Part shown: piece after piece, positions 17,757 through 28,054 of the stretch
How positions within the stretch are numbered: position 1 is the first letter of the stretch
Layout: each line of letters opens with the position of its first letter
Origin: Acidimicrobiia bacterium
GTDB lineage: Bacteria; Actinomycetota; Acidimicrobiia; IMCC26256; PALSA-555
Direction of reading: 5' to 3'
NCBI GenBank assembly: GCA_051986275.1
Contig: JBPYDT010000071.1
Location: 1-58,766 of the forward strand
Length of the DNA: 58,766 bases
Made by a program: the position numbers and the translations under genes
Notes under the pieces: model-generated
What the model was told of the DNA's origin: nothing
The model's database searches: none
Seen by the model: the letters and a program-made list of their open reading frames with translations, nothing else

Positions 17757-19777
17757 CGCGCGGCGCCGCCCGCGCGGTCGCGATCGCGGCGTTCGTCGCC
17801 GCGCTGGCCGGGAGCGGCGTGCGGCTCGCGGCGGCGGCCGGGCCGGCACCGACGGTGCCGCCCGACGTGCCGAGCCGGTTGGCGCTGGTCTCGCAGGACG
17901 CGTGGACGGTGCTGGGCGGGACGTTCCACGCGTGCCTGCAGATCGCGGAGCTCGGCCCGGGTGAGCAGCTCCTCGTCGCGGTGCACCAGAGCGTGCCGAC
18001 GCGTTCGAGCTTCGACTCGCAGCAGTCCGGGCCCGTGCTGACCCAGGTCGTGCTGCCCGTCGACGCGCTGCCGACGTCGACCGCGGGCTGCCGCAGCGTC
18101 GCGATCCCGCTCTCCGCCGCGGCGGGCGCGTTCGCCGGTCAGCTCGCCGTGCCCGGCGAGGGCGTCTACCCGCTCGACGTCGAGCTACGCGACAACCAGG
18201 AGACCGGGCTCGCCCGCTTCGTCAGCTACCTCGTCGCGGTCGCGGCCGGGCCGGGCGGCCAGCCGACACCACTCACCAACAAGCTCGGCGTCGCGTGGGT
18301 GTGGCCGCTCGCGACACGGCCCGGGCTGAACCCCGACGGCTCGATCAACGCGACGACGGCCGCCGCCGTAGATCCGGCGGGAACCCTGGGCCGCCAGGTC
18401 GCCGAGCTGGCCGCCCACCCGACCGTGCCGGTGACGCTCGCGCCGTCGCCCGAGACCCTCGACAGCTGGAGCACGCTGGCCCGCACCGACCCGGGCGCGG
18501 CGCTCGGCGCCGGGACGCTGCGCGCCGCGCAGCAGGCCGGACCGGACCAGGTGATCGGCGGGCCTTACGTGCCGATCGACCTGCCGTCCCTGCTGCACGG
18601 CGGGCTGGGCTCCGCGGCCGACGCCGAGGCCGCCCAAGGCCAGACGTCGATCGACCGCTTCTTCGGCGCCCACGTCGACGAGCGCACGGCGCTCGCCCTG
18701 CCCGCCGACGGCGAATCGATCGACCGGCTCCGCTCCCAGGGCGTCGACCAGGTAGTGGTCACCGCCTCGGCCGCCGCCGCGGGGCACAGTCGACTCACGT
18801 CCACCTCACCGTTCTCGTTGGAGCCGTCCGCCAACCTGACCGCGACCGGCCCGGTCGCCGCAGTCGCCGACGACGACGCGCTCGCGGCGACCCTCACCGC
18901 ACCCGGCGCCCCGGCGCTGCGCGCCCAGCGCTTCCTCGCCGGGTTGGCCCTCACCGCGCTCGAGGCGCCCGGCGTGAGCCGGGCGGACGTGGTGGTGAAC
19001 CCGGACGGGTACGACGGTGCCGCGGCGCTTGTTGACGCGGTGCTCACCGGCTTGACCAACAACCCGTGGCTCGCGCCGACGACGCTCGCGAACGCGTTCT
19101 CGACGTCGGCCGCGGGCGACGACGTTCGCGCGCTCGCGCCGTACACGCCGCCGGAACCGCCGGTGTCGGCGGGCGCGTACGGCGCGACCGGCAACCGGCT
19201 GCTCTCCTTCGGGTCGCTCGTGGCGCCGGCCGACGTGCGGCTGCTGCGGGGTGAGCGGTTCCTGCTGTCCTCGGTCTCCTCGGCGTGGGCCGAGGCCGGG
19301 GGCTCGGCCGCGGCCCACGCGCAGCTCGCGGCGGTGAACGCGACGATCACGACCTTCCTCGCCGGCATCCAGATCCCCGCGCCGGGGACGATCACGCTGA
19401 CGGCGCGCTCGGGCGCCGTCCCGATCACGTTCCGCAACGACACCGGTCAGCCCATCCGGGTCCTCGTGACCCTGTCGAGCCACAAGCTCGACTTCCCGGC
19501 GGGCTCGTCGCAGACGATCGCGCTGCCCACGCGCAGCACCACGATCCGCTTCGAGGTTCGCTCGCGCACGTCGGGCACGTTCCCGCTGGCCATGAGCGTC
19601 CACTCGGCCGACGGCTCGCTGCTGATCGCCGAAGGTCGCTTCAAGGTGCGCTCCACCGTCGTGAGCAGCGTGGGGCTGGCGCTGGCGGTCGGCGCTGGCG
19701 TGTTCCTCATCGGCTGGTGGGCCCTCGACTTCCTCCACCGCCGGCGCCGCCGGCGGGCGACCCCGGCGGTCGTGTGA
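17753..19777 (+). CDS. Large exported membrane-anchored protein (DUF6049-like)
   Basis: Signal peptide, GVYPLDVEL, C-terminal VPITFRND Ig-like segment, TM helix plus poly-Arg. Occupies the conserved position upstream of murJ. Confidence 0.7.
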   Translation: MTRGAARAVAIAAFVAALAGSGVRLAAAAGPAPTVPPDVPSRLALVSQDAWTVLGGTFHACLQIAELGPGEQLLVAVHQSVPTRSSFDSQQSGPVLTQVVLPVDALPTSTAGCRSVAIPLSAAAGAFAGQLAVPGEGVYPLDVELRDNQETGLARFVSYLVAVAAGPGGQPTPLTNKLGVAWVWPLATRPGLNPDGSINATTAAAVDPAGTLGRQVAELAAHPTVPVTLAPSPETLDSWSTLARTDPGAALGAGTLRAAQQAGPDQVIGGPYVPIDLPSLLHGGLGSAADAEAAQGQTSIDRFFGAHVDERTALALPADGESIDRLRSQGVDQVVVTASAAAAGHSRLTSTSPFSLEPSANLTATGPVAAVADDDALAATLTAPGAPALRAQRFLAGLALTALEAPGVSRADVVVNPDGYDGAAALVDAVLTGLTNNPWLAPTTLANAFSTSAAGDDVRALAPYTPPEPPVSAGAYGATGNRLLSFGSLVAPADVRLLRGERFLLSSVSSAWAEAGGSAAAHAQLAAVNATITTFLAGIQIPAPGTITLTARSGAVPITFRNDTGQPIRVLVTLSSHKLDFPAGSSQTIALPTRSTTIRFEVRSRTSGTFPLAMSVHSADGSLLIAEGRFKVRSTVVSSVGLALAVGAGVFLIGWWALDFLHRRRRRRATPAVV

Positions 19778-21411
19778 GCCCTCGCGGGCGAGGCCGGCGG
19801 CGGGCGCACGACACCGGGCGACTCGTCCGGTCGAGCGTCGTCGTCGGGGTCGGCACCGCGGCGTCGCGGGTGACCGGGCTGCTGTGGCGCGCCGCGGCCG
19901 CGTACGCGATCGGCATCACGGCGCTGTCGGGCACCTACGCGTTCGCGAACGAGACGCCGAACATGCTCTACGAGCTGCTCATCGGCGGCGTGCTCACCGC
20001 GACGCTCGTGCCCCAGTTCGTGCGGCTCTTCGAGCACGACGACGAGGAGGGCATGAACTCGGTCGTCACGGTGTCGTGCCTCGCCCTGATCGGCTTCTCG
20101 GTGGTCGGGGTGCTGCTCGCGCCGTGGATCGCGACGCTGCTGACCTTGCGGGTCGCCGGCGCGCAGCACGCCCAGGAGCAGCGTCTTGCGACCGACCTGG
20201 TGCGGCTCTTCATGCCCCAGATCGCCTTCTACGGCTTCACCGCGCTCGCCACCGCGCTCCTGCAGGCGCGCCGGCGCTTCGCCGCGGCGGCGTTCGCCCC
20301 CATCCTCAACAACGTGGTGCTCATCGCGCTGTTCCTCGCGCTGCCCCAGCTGGCCAAGCGGCCGATCACCGTCCAGCACGTGCTCGACAACACGTGGCTG
20401 CTCCTCTACCTGGGGCTCGGGACGACGGCGGCGGTGGCCGCGATGGCCCTCGCGCTCGTCCCGGCGCTGCGCGGCGCGGGCATCCATCTGCGCTTCCTCG
20501 CGTCGTTCCGCAACCGGGCGGTGGCCACGGTGCTGCGTCTGTCGGGCTGGACGGTCGGGTACGTCATCGCGAACCAGGTCGCGCTCTGGGTCGTGCTCGT
20601 GCTCGCCAACGTGCAGCCCGGCGGCCCGGCCGCCTACCTGCTCGCGTACACGCTGTTCCAGCTCCCCCACGGCCTGCTCGCGGTGTCGATCATGACCACC
20701 GCGGCGCCCGAGCTCGCGGCGGTGGCCGACGACCTCCCGGCGCTCCGCCACCGGTTCGCGCGCGCCCTGCGGCTCATCCTCACAATCGTGATCCCCGCCG
20801 CCGCGCTGTCGGTCGCCCTCGCGCGGCCGGCGGTGGTCGCGCTCCTGCAGCGCGGCGCGTTCTCGGCGGCCGACTCAGCGCTCGTGGCGCACACCGTCGT
20901 GGCGTTCGCCGTCGGGCTGCCCTTCTTCTCCATCTACCTGTTCGCGATGCGCGCCTTCTACTCGATCCACGACACCCGGACGCCGTTCCTGCTCAACTGC
21001 CTCGAGAACGCAGTGAACATCGTGCTGGCGCTGGCGCTCATCGGGCCGCTCGGCATCCCGGGGCTCGCGTACTCGTTCTCCGCGGCGTACGCCGTCGCGG
21101 CCGTCGTGACGCTCGTCGTGCTCGGCCGCCGGATCGGCAGCATGCAAGGGCGCGGCATCGAGACCACGGTGGTGAAGGTCGGGCTCGTGAGCGCCGCGGC
21201 CGGCACGGCCGCGTGGGTGGCCGCGGCGACGATCGGGTGGGCGGGCGGCCTCCGAGCCGTGGCGGCGACGCTCGCCGGGCTGGTCCTCGGCGCCACGGTG
21301 CTCGCCGTCGGGCTCACGATCACCCGGGTCGAGGAGTGGGCCGAGCTCGTCAGCGGGTTCCGTCCCGCGGCCCGGCGAGGCGCAGTGGGGGGCGCCGGCG
21401 TGCGACGATGA
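19774..21411 (+). CDS. murJ: Lipid II flippase MurJ/MviN
   Basis: GTAASRVTG, ANETPNMLYELLIGGVL, APILNNVV, FQLPHGL and RAFYSIHDTRTP. No fused kinase domain. Confidence 0.93.
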   Translation: MSPRGRGRRRAHDTGRLVRSSVVVGVGTAASRVTGLLWRAAAAYAIGITALSGTYAFANETPNMLYELLIGGVLTATLVPQFVRLFEHDDEEGMNSVVTVSCLALIGFSVVGVLLAPWIATLLTLRVAGAQHAQEQRLATDLVRLFMPQIAFYGFTALATALLQARRRFAAAAFAPILNNVVLIALFLALPQLAKRPITVQHVLDNTWLLLYLGLGTTAAVAAMALALVPALRGAGIHLRFLASFRNRAVATVLRLSGWTVGYVIANQVALWVVLVLANVQPGGPAAYLLAYTLFQLPHGLLAVSIMTTAAPELAAVADDLPALRHRFARALRLILTIVIPAAALSVALARPAVVALLQRGAFSAADSALVAHTVVAFAVGLPFFSIYLFAMRAFYSIHDTRTPFLLNCLENAVNIVLALALIGPLGIPGLAYSFSAAYAVAAVVTLVVLGRRIGSMQGRGIETTVVKVGLVSAAAGTAAWVAAATIGWAGGLRAVAATLAGLVLGATVLAVGLTITRVEEWAELVSGFRPAARRGAVGGAGVRR

Positions 21412-21439
21412 TGGTCGCGGCGGGAGCGAGGAGGCGGCC

Positions 21440-22276
21440 GTGCCAGTCCGAGTCGTGACCGACAGCGCCTGCGACCTCCCCGAGCCGGTGGTCGCCGAGC
21501 TCGGCATCGAGATCGTGCCGCTCACCATCCGCTTCGGGCCCGAGGAGCTCGTCGACCGCGAGGAGCTCTCGAACCGGGCGTTCTGGGAGCGCCTGGTCGA
21601 CGCGCCGGCCCTGCCGGAGACCGCCGCACCGTCCGCCGGCGCCTTCGAGGCCCGCTTCCGGGCCCTCGCCGACGACGGCGCCGACGGGATCGTGTGCATC
21701 AACCTCTCGTCACGCCTCTCGGCGACGATGCAGGCCGCCCAGGTGGCGGCCGCGGCCGTGGCGGACCGCTGCCCGGTCGAGGTGGTCGATTCGCTGACGT
21801 GCTCGATGGGGCTCGGCAACCTCTGCCTCGCGGCCGGCCGGCGCGCGAAGGACGGCGCGTCGCTCGCCGACGTCGTCACCGAGGTCACCGACCGGCGGGC
21901 CCGCACCCGCCTCTTCGGCACGCTCGACACGCTCGAGTACCTGAAGCGCGGCGGCCGGGTCGGCAACGCACGGGCGCTGCTCGGCTCCATGCTCGCCGTG
22001 AAGCCCGTCGTCGAGGTGCGTGACGGCGTCGTCGAGGAGGCGGGCAAGGTCCGCACCCGCTCCAAGGCCCTCCATCTGCTCGCCGACAAGGTCCACGACC
22101 AGTCGGTCGAGGCCGTCGCCGTCCTGCAGGGCAACGCGGCGGACCTCGACACCTTCCTCGACCTGATCGACGACGTCGCCCCCCGCGACAAGATCGTCGT
22201 CGGCGACGTCGGCCCGGTGATCGGGACCCACGCCGGGCCCGGCGTGCTCGGCGTCACCTTCCAGACCACGGACTGA
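21440..22276 (+). CDS. DegV/FakB family fatty acid-binding protein
   Basis: VVTDSACDLP, TAAPS, LSSRLSAT, LEYLKRGGR and GPVIGTHAGPG motifs. Confidence 0.93.
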   Translation: MPVRVVTDSACDLPEPVVAELGIEIVPLTIRFGPEELVDREELSNRAFWERLVDAPALPETAAPSAGAFEARFRALADDGADGIVCINLSSRLSATMQAAQVAAAAVADRCPVEVVDSLTCSMGLGNLCLAAGRRAKDGASLADVVTEVTDRRARTRLFGTLDTLEYLKRGGRVGNARALLGSMLAVKPVVEVRDGVVEEAGKVRTRSKALHLLADKVHDQSVEAVAVLQGNAADLDTFLDLIDDVAPRDKIVVGDVGPVIGTHAGPGVLGVTFQTTD

Positions 22277-22330
22277 TCGGCCCCGACCCTGGCGGCCGGT
22301 CGCCCGGCCGTCTGGGTAGCGTCGCGGTCC

Positions 22331-23392
22331 GTGCCCGACCCGCCCCAGCCCGGCCGCGTCCTCGACGGCCGGTACCGGCTGGTGAGCCCGGTGGCGCGTG
22401 GGGGCATGGCGACCGTCTGGGACGCCGAGGACACACTGCTCGCCCGGCGGGTCGCGGTGAAGATCCTCCACCCCGAGCTCGCCTTCGACGAGGCGCTCCG
22501 GGCCCGGTTCCGGAACGAGGCCGTCGCCGCGGCGCGCCTCGCCGACCCGGGCATCGTCGCCACCTACGACACGGGCGACGACGACGGCGTCGGGTACATC
22601 GTGATGGAGTTCGTCGACGGGCCGACCCTGCGGCGCATCCTCGACGTCCGGGGGCGGCTGCCCGTCATCGAATCCGTGCGGATCGGCCGGGAGGTGGCGT
22701 CCGCGCTCGCCGCGGCCCACCGCGAGGGGATCGTCCACCGCGACGTGAAGCCGGCGAACGTGCTCGTGCCGCCCGACGGGCCGGTGAAGGTCACGGACTT
22801 CGGCATCGCCAAGGCCGGGGCGGGCGCCGAGCTGACCCGCACCGGCACCGTCGTGGGCACGGCCCGCTACCTCGCCCCGGAGCAGCTGCGGGGCGAGCCG
22901 GTCGACCCGCGCACCGACCTCTACGCGCTCGGGCTCGTGCTCTACGAGATGCTCGCCGGCGAGCTGCCGTTCCACGGCGACACCGAGATGGCGGTGGCCG
23001 TCGCCCGGCTGAGCAACCCGCCCGCCCCCATTCGCCAGCTGCGTCCCGACGTCCCGGCCGGCCTCGCCCGCCTCGTCATGGCCTGCCTCGCGCTCGAGCC
23101 CGCGGACCGACCCCCGACGGCCCGGGCGGTGGCCGAGTTCCTGTCCGACCGGCCCCCCGACGCCAGCCGGGAGCGCCCCCGCACCGAGGGGACGCGCACG
23201 GTCGTCATGCCCCCGCCCGAGGCGGCGCCCGCCCGCCCGCGCGCTGCCCCGCCGCCGCGGCGGCGGCGCGGCCCGATTGCCGTGCTCGCGGTCATCCTCT
23301 TCATCGCGGGCGCGGCCGCCGGCTACCTCCTCGTCCGGGCCGCCGACGCCGGCGCGGCCACGACGCCCCCGGCCGCGACGGCAGGACGCTGA
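22331..23392 (+). CDS. Membrane-anchored Hanks-type Ser/Thr protein kinase
   Basis: GGMATV, VAVK, HRDVKPANVL, DFG and YLAPE all intact. One TM helix and a very short C-terminal tail. Confidence 0.92.
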   Translation: MPDPPQPGRVLDGRYRLVSPVARGGMATVWDAEDTLLARRVAVKILHPELAFDEALRARFRNEAVAAARLADPGIVATYDTGDDDGVGYIVMEFVDGPTLRRILDVRGRLPVIESVRIGREVASALAAAHREGIVHRDVKPANVLVPPDGPVKVTDFGIAKAGAGAELTRTGTVVGTARYLAPEQLRGEPVDPRTDLYALGLVLYEMLAGELPFHGDTEMAVAVARLSNPPAPIRQLRPDVPAGLARLVMACLALEPADRPPTARAVAEFLSDRPPDASRERPRTEGTRTVVMPPPEAAPARPRAAPPPRRRRGPIAVLAVILFIAGAAAGYLLVRAADAGAATTPPAATAGR

Positions 23393-23456
23393 GACCTCAG
23401 GGGTCCCGAGGGCCGCTTGGGTACGCTCCGATGCCCTGACGGACCACTGAGAGCCG

Positions 23457-23738
23457 ATGGCCGACTGGACCACCCAAGCCGCCGACGCGATCGAGGCCGC
23501 GGTCAGCGCCGTCCGCGACCGGACCGTCGTCCCCGCGCAGCGGGCGACGCGGGCCGTCGTCTACGGCCTGCTCGTCGCGTTCTTCGTCGGCACGGCGCTC
23601 GTCCTGCTCGTCGTCGGCGCGTTCCGCGGTCTCGTGCTCCTCACTGGCCGCACCTGGATCGCCTACCTCATCGTCGGCGGAATGCTCGTCGCCGGAGGCG
23701 CGTTCTGCTGGTCGCGGCGGTCGAAGCGAGCGGCATGA
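23457..23738 (+). CDS. Small two-TM hypothetical protein
   Basis: Coding-like GC3 bias; amphipathic N-terminus and two hydrophobic helices. Upstream of trxB. Confidence 0.7.
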   Translation: MADWTTQAADAIEAAVSAVRDRTVVPAQRATRAVVYGLLVAFFVGTALVLLVVGAFRGLVLLTGRTWIAYLIVGGMLVAGGAFCWSRRSKRAA

Positions 23739-23760
23739 CCGACGCAGGAGGGAAGGGTCG

Positions 23761-24699
23761 ATGACGGACGCCGCGCCCCTCGTGATCGTGGGGTCCGGAC
23801 CGGCGGGGCTCACGGCGGCGGTCTACGCCGCGCGGGCGAACCTGCGACCGATCGTCATCGAGGGCCTCGCCGCGGGTGGACAGCTCATGCTGACCACCGA
23901 CGTCGAGAACTACCCGGGCTTCCCCGACGGGATCCTCGGCCCGGAGCTGATGACGAAGTTCCGCGAGCAGGCGGCGCGGTTCGGCGCGGAGTTCGTCACA
24001 GCCGACGCCGACCGCCTCGACGTCAGCGCGCCGCCGTTCGGCGCGTGGGTCGACGGGCGCGAGTACCGCGGCGACGCCATGATCCTCTCGACCGGCGCGA
24101 CGGCGCGGATGCTCGGCCTCGAATCCGAGCGGCGGCTCCTCGGGCGCGGCGTTTCGACCTGCGCCACGTGCGACGGCTTCTTCTTCCGCGGTCAGCCCCT
24201 CGCGGTCGTGGGCGGCGGCGACTCGGCCGTCGAGGAGGCGCTGTTCCTCACCAAGTTCGCCACCGAGGTGACCGTCATCCACCGCCGCGACCAGCTGCGG
24301 GCCTCGGCGATCATGGCCGACCGCGCGGCCGCGAACCCCAAGATCTCCTTCCGGTGGAACGCCGTCGTCGAGGAGGTGCTCGGCAACGGCTCGGTCGAGG
24401 CCGTCCGCCTGCGCGACACGAAGACCGACGAGCGATCGGACCTCGAGGTGGGCGCGGTGTTCGTCGCCATCGGACACGACCCGAACACGGCGCTGGTGCG
24501 CGACCAGCTCGACCTCGACGAAGGCGGCTACGTCGTGACCGCGGGCGACTCCACCCGCACCTCGGTCGAGGGCGTGTTCGCCGCGGGCGACGTGCAGGAC
24601 CACGTCTTCCGGCAGGCGGTCACCGCCGCGGGGAGCGGCTGCATGGCCGCGATCGAGGCCGAGCGCTGGCTCGCCGCTCGGGAGCGGCCGTCGGGGTGA
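23761..24699 (+). CDS. trxB: Thioredoxin-disulfide reductase
   Basis: GSGPAG, GGQL, CATCDG, GGGDSA, HRRD and FAAGD motifs. Confidence 0.97.
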   Translation: MTDAAPLVIVGSGPAGLTAAVYAARANLRPIVIEGLAAGGQLMLTTDVENYPGFPDGILGPELMTKFREQAARFGAEFVTADADRLDVSAPPFGAWVDGREYRGDAMILSTGATARMLGLESERRLLGRGVSTCATCDGFFFRGQPLAVVGGGDSAVEEALFLTKFATEVTVIHRRDQLRASAIMADRAAANPKISFRWNAVVEEVLGNGSVEAVRLRDTKTDERSDLEVGAVFVAIGHDPNTALVRDQLDLDEGGYVVTAGDSTRTSVEGVFAAGDVQDHVFRQAVTAAGSGCMAAIEAERWLAARERPSG

Positions 24700-24790
24700 C
24701 GCCCGGCCCGGAATGCGCGGCCGGGGCGCGCGGTTGCCCCCTCAGTACACTCGTCGGCACCCCGGCGAGAACCGCCGAAAGGTCAAGGCC

Positions 24791-25126
24791 GTGTCCAACA
24801 TCACGAAGCTCACCGACGCGACGTTCGACGAGACGATCAGCGGCTCCGAGCAGCCGGTGCTCGTCGACTTCTGGGCGGAGTGGTGCGGGCCCTGCAAGAT
24901 GATCGCCCCCGTGCTTGAGGAGCTCGCCCACGAGAACGGCACCAAGCTGCGCATCGCGAAGCTGAACGTTGACGAGAACCCGAACACGGCGATGCGGTAC
25001 AACGTGATGAGCATCCCGACGCTGCTCGTGTTCAAGCCGGGCGAGACCGGGCAAGAGGCGCGGCGCCTCGTCGGCGCCAAGGGCAAGGCTCAGCTTCTTC
25101 AGGAACTCGCCGAGTTCGTCGCCTGA
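24791..25126 (+). CDS. trxA: Thioredoxin
   Basis: [12 protein letters not shown] and SIPT motifs. Confidence 0.97.
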   Translation: MSNITKLTDATFDETISGSEQPVLVDFWAEWCGPCKMIAPVLEELAHENGTKLRIAKLNVDENPNTAMRYNVMSIPTLLVFKPGETGQEARRLVGAKGKAQLLQELAEFVA

Positions 25127-25131
25127 GCGGC

Positions 25132-26124
25132 GTGCCCGCGCCGTTGCGGGCGGGCGCCCGCGGGGAGGCCGTCCGGGACCTGCAGCGGCGCCTCGCCGCG
25201 GGGGGCCACGAGGTCGCGCCTGACCCGATCGGTGAGTACGCCGACGGCACCGCCGGCGCGGTCCGTGCGTTCCAGGAGGCGCGGGGCCTGCGGGTCGACG
25301 GGATCGTCGGCCGCCAGACCTGGTCCGCCCTCGTCGAGAGCGGCTACCGCCTCGGCGACCGACTCCTCTACCGGCGCCGCCCGATGGTGCGCGGCGACGA
25401 CGTCCTCGAGCTGCAGCGCCGGCTGAACGCGCTCGGCTTCGACGCCGGGCGCGAGGACGGGATCCTCGGCGACGACACGTACCGGGCGGTCGGGGCGTTC
25501 CAGCACGACGCCGGGCTGGCGGCCGACGGAATCTGCGGGCCGGCCACCGTCGCAGCGCTCGACCGGGTGGGCACGATGGCCGACGGGTCGATCGCCGCCG
25601 TCCGGGAGCGGGACCGGCTGCGGCGGGACCGCCGACGCCTCGCCGGGCACCGCACTTACATCGCCGCCGCCCCTGGCCTCGCCGTCCTCGGCGAGGAGGT
25701 CACCCGGGGGCTGCTCGACACCGGCGCCCAGGTGCTCCTCGACGCCTCGGGCGACGAGGACTCCCTGCTGGCCGCCGCCGCGAACCGCTTCGATGCCCAC
25801 CTCTTCCTCGGCCTGCGACCCGGCGATTCGGTCGGCTGCCGCTGCGCCTACTTCGAGTCCGGCCGGTTCCGCTCCGAGGCGGGCCATGCCGTCGCGAGGG
25901 CGATCCACGACGAGCTGCGCGGCGTCCTGCCGATCGAGGTCGGGATCTCCGGGCGGACCTACGCCGCGCTCCGCGAGACCCGCATGGCCGCGGTCGTCTG
26001 CGAGATCGTGCCCGACGGCGACGTGGCCGCCATGCGGGGGGTGGTGGCGCGCGCCGGCGGAGTCGGGCGGGCGATCGTGCGCGGCGTGCGCCGCGCGGTG
26101 GAGGAGCCCGCGGTCGCGCTCTGA
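25132..26124 (+). CDS. CwlM-like protein: two peptidoglycan-binding domains plus degenerate amidase domain
   Basis: VRDLQRRL...FQEARGLRVDGIVGRQTW and GDDVLELQRRLNALGF...DGICGPAT. C-terminal LRETRMAAV amidase-like motif. Syntenic with cwlM (between trxA and parB). Confidence 0.8.
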   Translation: MPAPLRAGARGEAVRDLQRRLAAGGHEVAPDPIGEYADGTAGAVRAFQEARGLRVDGIVGRQTWSALVESGYRLGDRLLYRRRPMVRGDDVLELQRRLNALGFDAGREDGILGDDTYRAVGAFQHDAGLAADGICGPATVAALDRVGTMADGSIAAVRERDRLRRDRRRLAGHRTYIAAAPGLAVLGEEVTRGLLDTGAQVLLDASGDEDSLLAAAANRFDAHLFLGLRPGDSVGCRCAYFESGRFRSEAGHAVARAIHDELRGVLPIEVGISGRTYAALRETRMAAVVCEIVPDGDVAAMRGVVARAGGVGRAIVRGVRRAVEEPAVAL

Positions 26125-26125
26125 G

Positions 26126-27025
26126 CTACGCCGACGCGGCGCTCGGGCTGCGCCCGTCGGTCATGCGCTTGTAGATGCGCTCGAGGTCGTCGAGGCCGGC
26201 GAACTCCACGCTGAGGGTGCCCTTGCCGCCCGCTCCCAGCTTGATGCGGACGCGGGTCTCGAGATGGTCGCCGAGCAGCTCCTCGAGCTGGAGCAGCCCG
26301 GGGGGACGCATGCGCGCCGGCGCGCGCTCCGCGGCCTCGGGCTCGCTCGTGTCGCTCCGCGCGCGCACCGCCTCCTCGACGGCGCGCACCGAGAGGTCCT
26401 CTTTGATCGCGCGGCGCGCGAGCGCCTCCTGGAACGCGCGGTCGGGTGTGCCGAGCAGCGCGCGCGCGTGACCCATCGAGAGACGGTCTTCGCGCAGCGC
26501 GCGCTGGATGGACGGTGGCAGCTGCAGCAGCCGCAGCGTGTTCGACACCGCAGCGCGGCTCTTCCCGATGGTCGTGGCGACCTGCTCGTGGGTCATCGAG
26601 AAGTCCTCGATCATCTGCTGGTAGGCCGCGGCCTCCTCGAGCGGGTTGAGGTCGTCGCGCTGGAGGTTCTCGACGAGCGCGGCCTGCAGCGCGCGGCGGT
26701 CCTCGGTCTGGCGCACGATCGCCGGGATCATCTGGAGCCCGGCCCGGTGCGCGGCGCGCCAGCGGCGCTCGCCGGCGACGAGCTCGTAGCCGTCGCCCGC
26801 CGGTCGGACGAGCACGGGCTGGAGCAGGCCGACCTCGCGGATCGAGTCGGCCAGCGCGCCGATGCCCTCCTCGTCGAACCGATCGCGTGGTTGGTAAGGG
26901 TTTGGGCGAATCGCGGCAACCGGGAGCTCCTGCAGGCCAGGTGCCGTCGCGGCCCCGCCGTGGTCGGTCGCCGTGCTCGGGATCAGGGCGCCGAGGCCCT
27001 TACCGAGTCCGCCGGGTCGCGCCAT
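26126..27025 (-). CDS. parB: Chromosome partitioning protein ParB
   Basis: GLGKGLGALI, PNPYQPR, GLLQP, AGERRWRA, ENLQRDDL and KSRAAVSNTLRLL motifs. Confidence 0.97.
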   Translation of the reverse strand: MARPGGLGKGLGALIPSTATDHGGAATAPGLQELPVAAIRPNPYQPRDRFDEEGIGALADSIREVGLLQPVLVRPAGDGYELVAGERRWRAAHRAGLQMIPAIVRQTEDRRALQAALVENLQRDDLNPLEEAAAYQQMIEDFSMTHEQVATTIGKSRAAVSNTLRLLQLPPSIQRALREDRLSMGHARALLGTPDRAFQEALARRAIKEDLSVRAVEEAVRARSDTSEPEAAERAPARMRPPGLLQLEELLGDHLETRVRIKLGAGGKGTLSVEFAGLDDLERIYKRMTDGRSPSAASA

Positions 27026-27893
27026 GGCTCACCTCCTTCGCCAGCTCGCGGTAGGCACGGGCGCCCCGGGAGGTGGAGTCGAACACGATGATGGGCTGGC
27101 CGAACGACGGCGCCTCCGACAGCCTCACCGTGCGGGGCACCACCGTGCGGTACACCCGCGGCCCGAAGTACTCGCGCACCTCGGCCTCGACCTGGTCGGC
27201 GAGCTTGGTGCGCGCGTCGTACATGGTGAGCACGATCCCGCGGACCTCGAGCGACGGGTTGAGGTTGGCGTGCACCAGGGCGACGTTGCGCAGCAGCTGG
27301 CCGAGACCCTCGAGCGCGTAGTACTCGCACTGGATCGGGACGATCACGTCGTCCGCCGCGGCGAGGCCGTTCACGGTGAGCAGGCCGAGCGACGGCGGGC
27401 AGTCGATGAGGACCAGGTCGTACTGGTCCTTCACCGACTCGATCGCACGCTTGAGACGCTGCTCGCGGCTCATCTGGGCCACGAGCTCGATCTCGGCGCC
27501 GGCGAGGTCGATCGTCGCCGGCGCGACGAAGAGGTTCTTCAGGCTCGTCGGCTCGACGCAGTCCTCGAGCGGCATGTCGTTGAGCATGACGTCGTAAATA
27601 GAGCCGCTCACGTCGCGGGGGTTGAGGCCGAGCCCGGTGGTGGCGTTCCCCTGCGGGTCGAGGTCGACGACCAGGAGGCGGTAACCCGCCTCGGCGAGCG
27701 CCGCGCCGAGGTTCACGGCCGTCGTCGTCTTTCCGACCCCGCCCTTCTGGTTCGCGATGGCGATGACCTCGGGCAGCTCGAGCGGCCGCGCTGACCGGGC
27801 CGATCCCTCCGTCGGCATCGTGTCGGGATCGAGGATCGGGCCGTCCGGCAAGCGCGGCGCCGCGTGGTCGTCCTCGAGCCTGGTGTCGCTCAC
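27000..27893 (-). CDS. parA: Chromosome partitioning ATPase ParA/Soj (start uncertain)
   Basis: NQKGGVGKTT, DLDPQGN, IDCPPSLG, PIQCEYYALEG and EAPSFG. GGGAG precedes the GTG at 27893; alternative ATG at 27818. Confidence 0.95.
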   Translation of the reverse strand: MSDTRLEDDHAAPRLPDGPILDPDTMPTEGSARSARPLELPEVIAIANQKGGVGKTTTAVNLGAALAEAGYRLLVVDLDPQGNATTGLGLNPRDVSGSIYDVMLNDMPLEDCVEPTSLKNLFVAPATIDLAGAEIELVAQMSREQRLKRAIESVKDQYDLVLIDCPPSLGLLTVNGLAAADDVIVPIQCEYYALEGLGQLLRNVALVHANLNPSLEVRGIVLTMYDARTKLADQVEAEVREYFGPRVYRTVVPRTVRLSEAPSFGQPIIVFDSTSRGARAYRELAKEVSHGATRRTR

Positions 27894-28020
27894 TGCCGCT
27901 CCCGCGTGCTCGCGCCGCCGCCCGACGCGAGCCTCGACGTCGACTTGAGGCTGGGGTTGGAGGATACGCCCTGGCCGCGGGATTCGCCAGCGTTGCACGC
28001 GGCGCGAGCCTAGGCCATGA

Positions 28021-28034
28021 GTTCCACGTGGAAC
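28021..28034. promoter_or_regulatory. parS site 1
   Basis: Perfect palindrome GTTCCACGTGGAAC, matching the parS consensus core, upstream of parA. Confidence 0.9.
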
Positions 28035-28054
28035 GGGACGGGGGTCCGCCCCCC

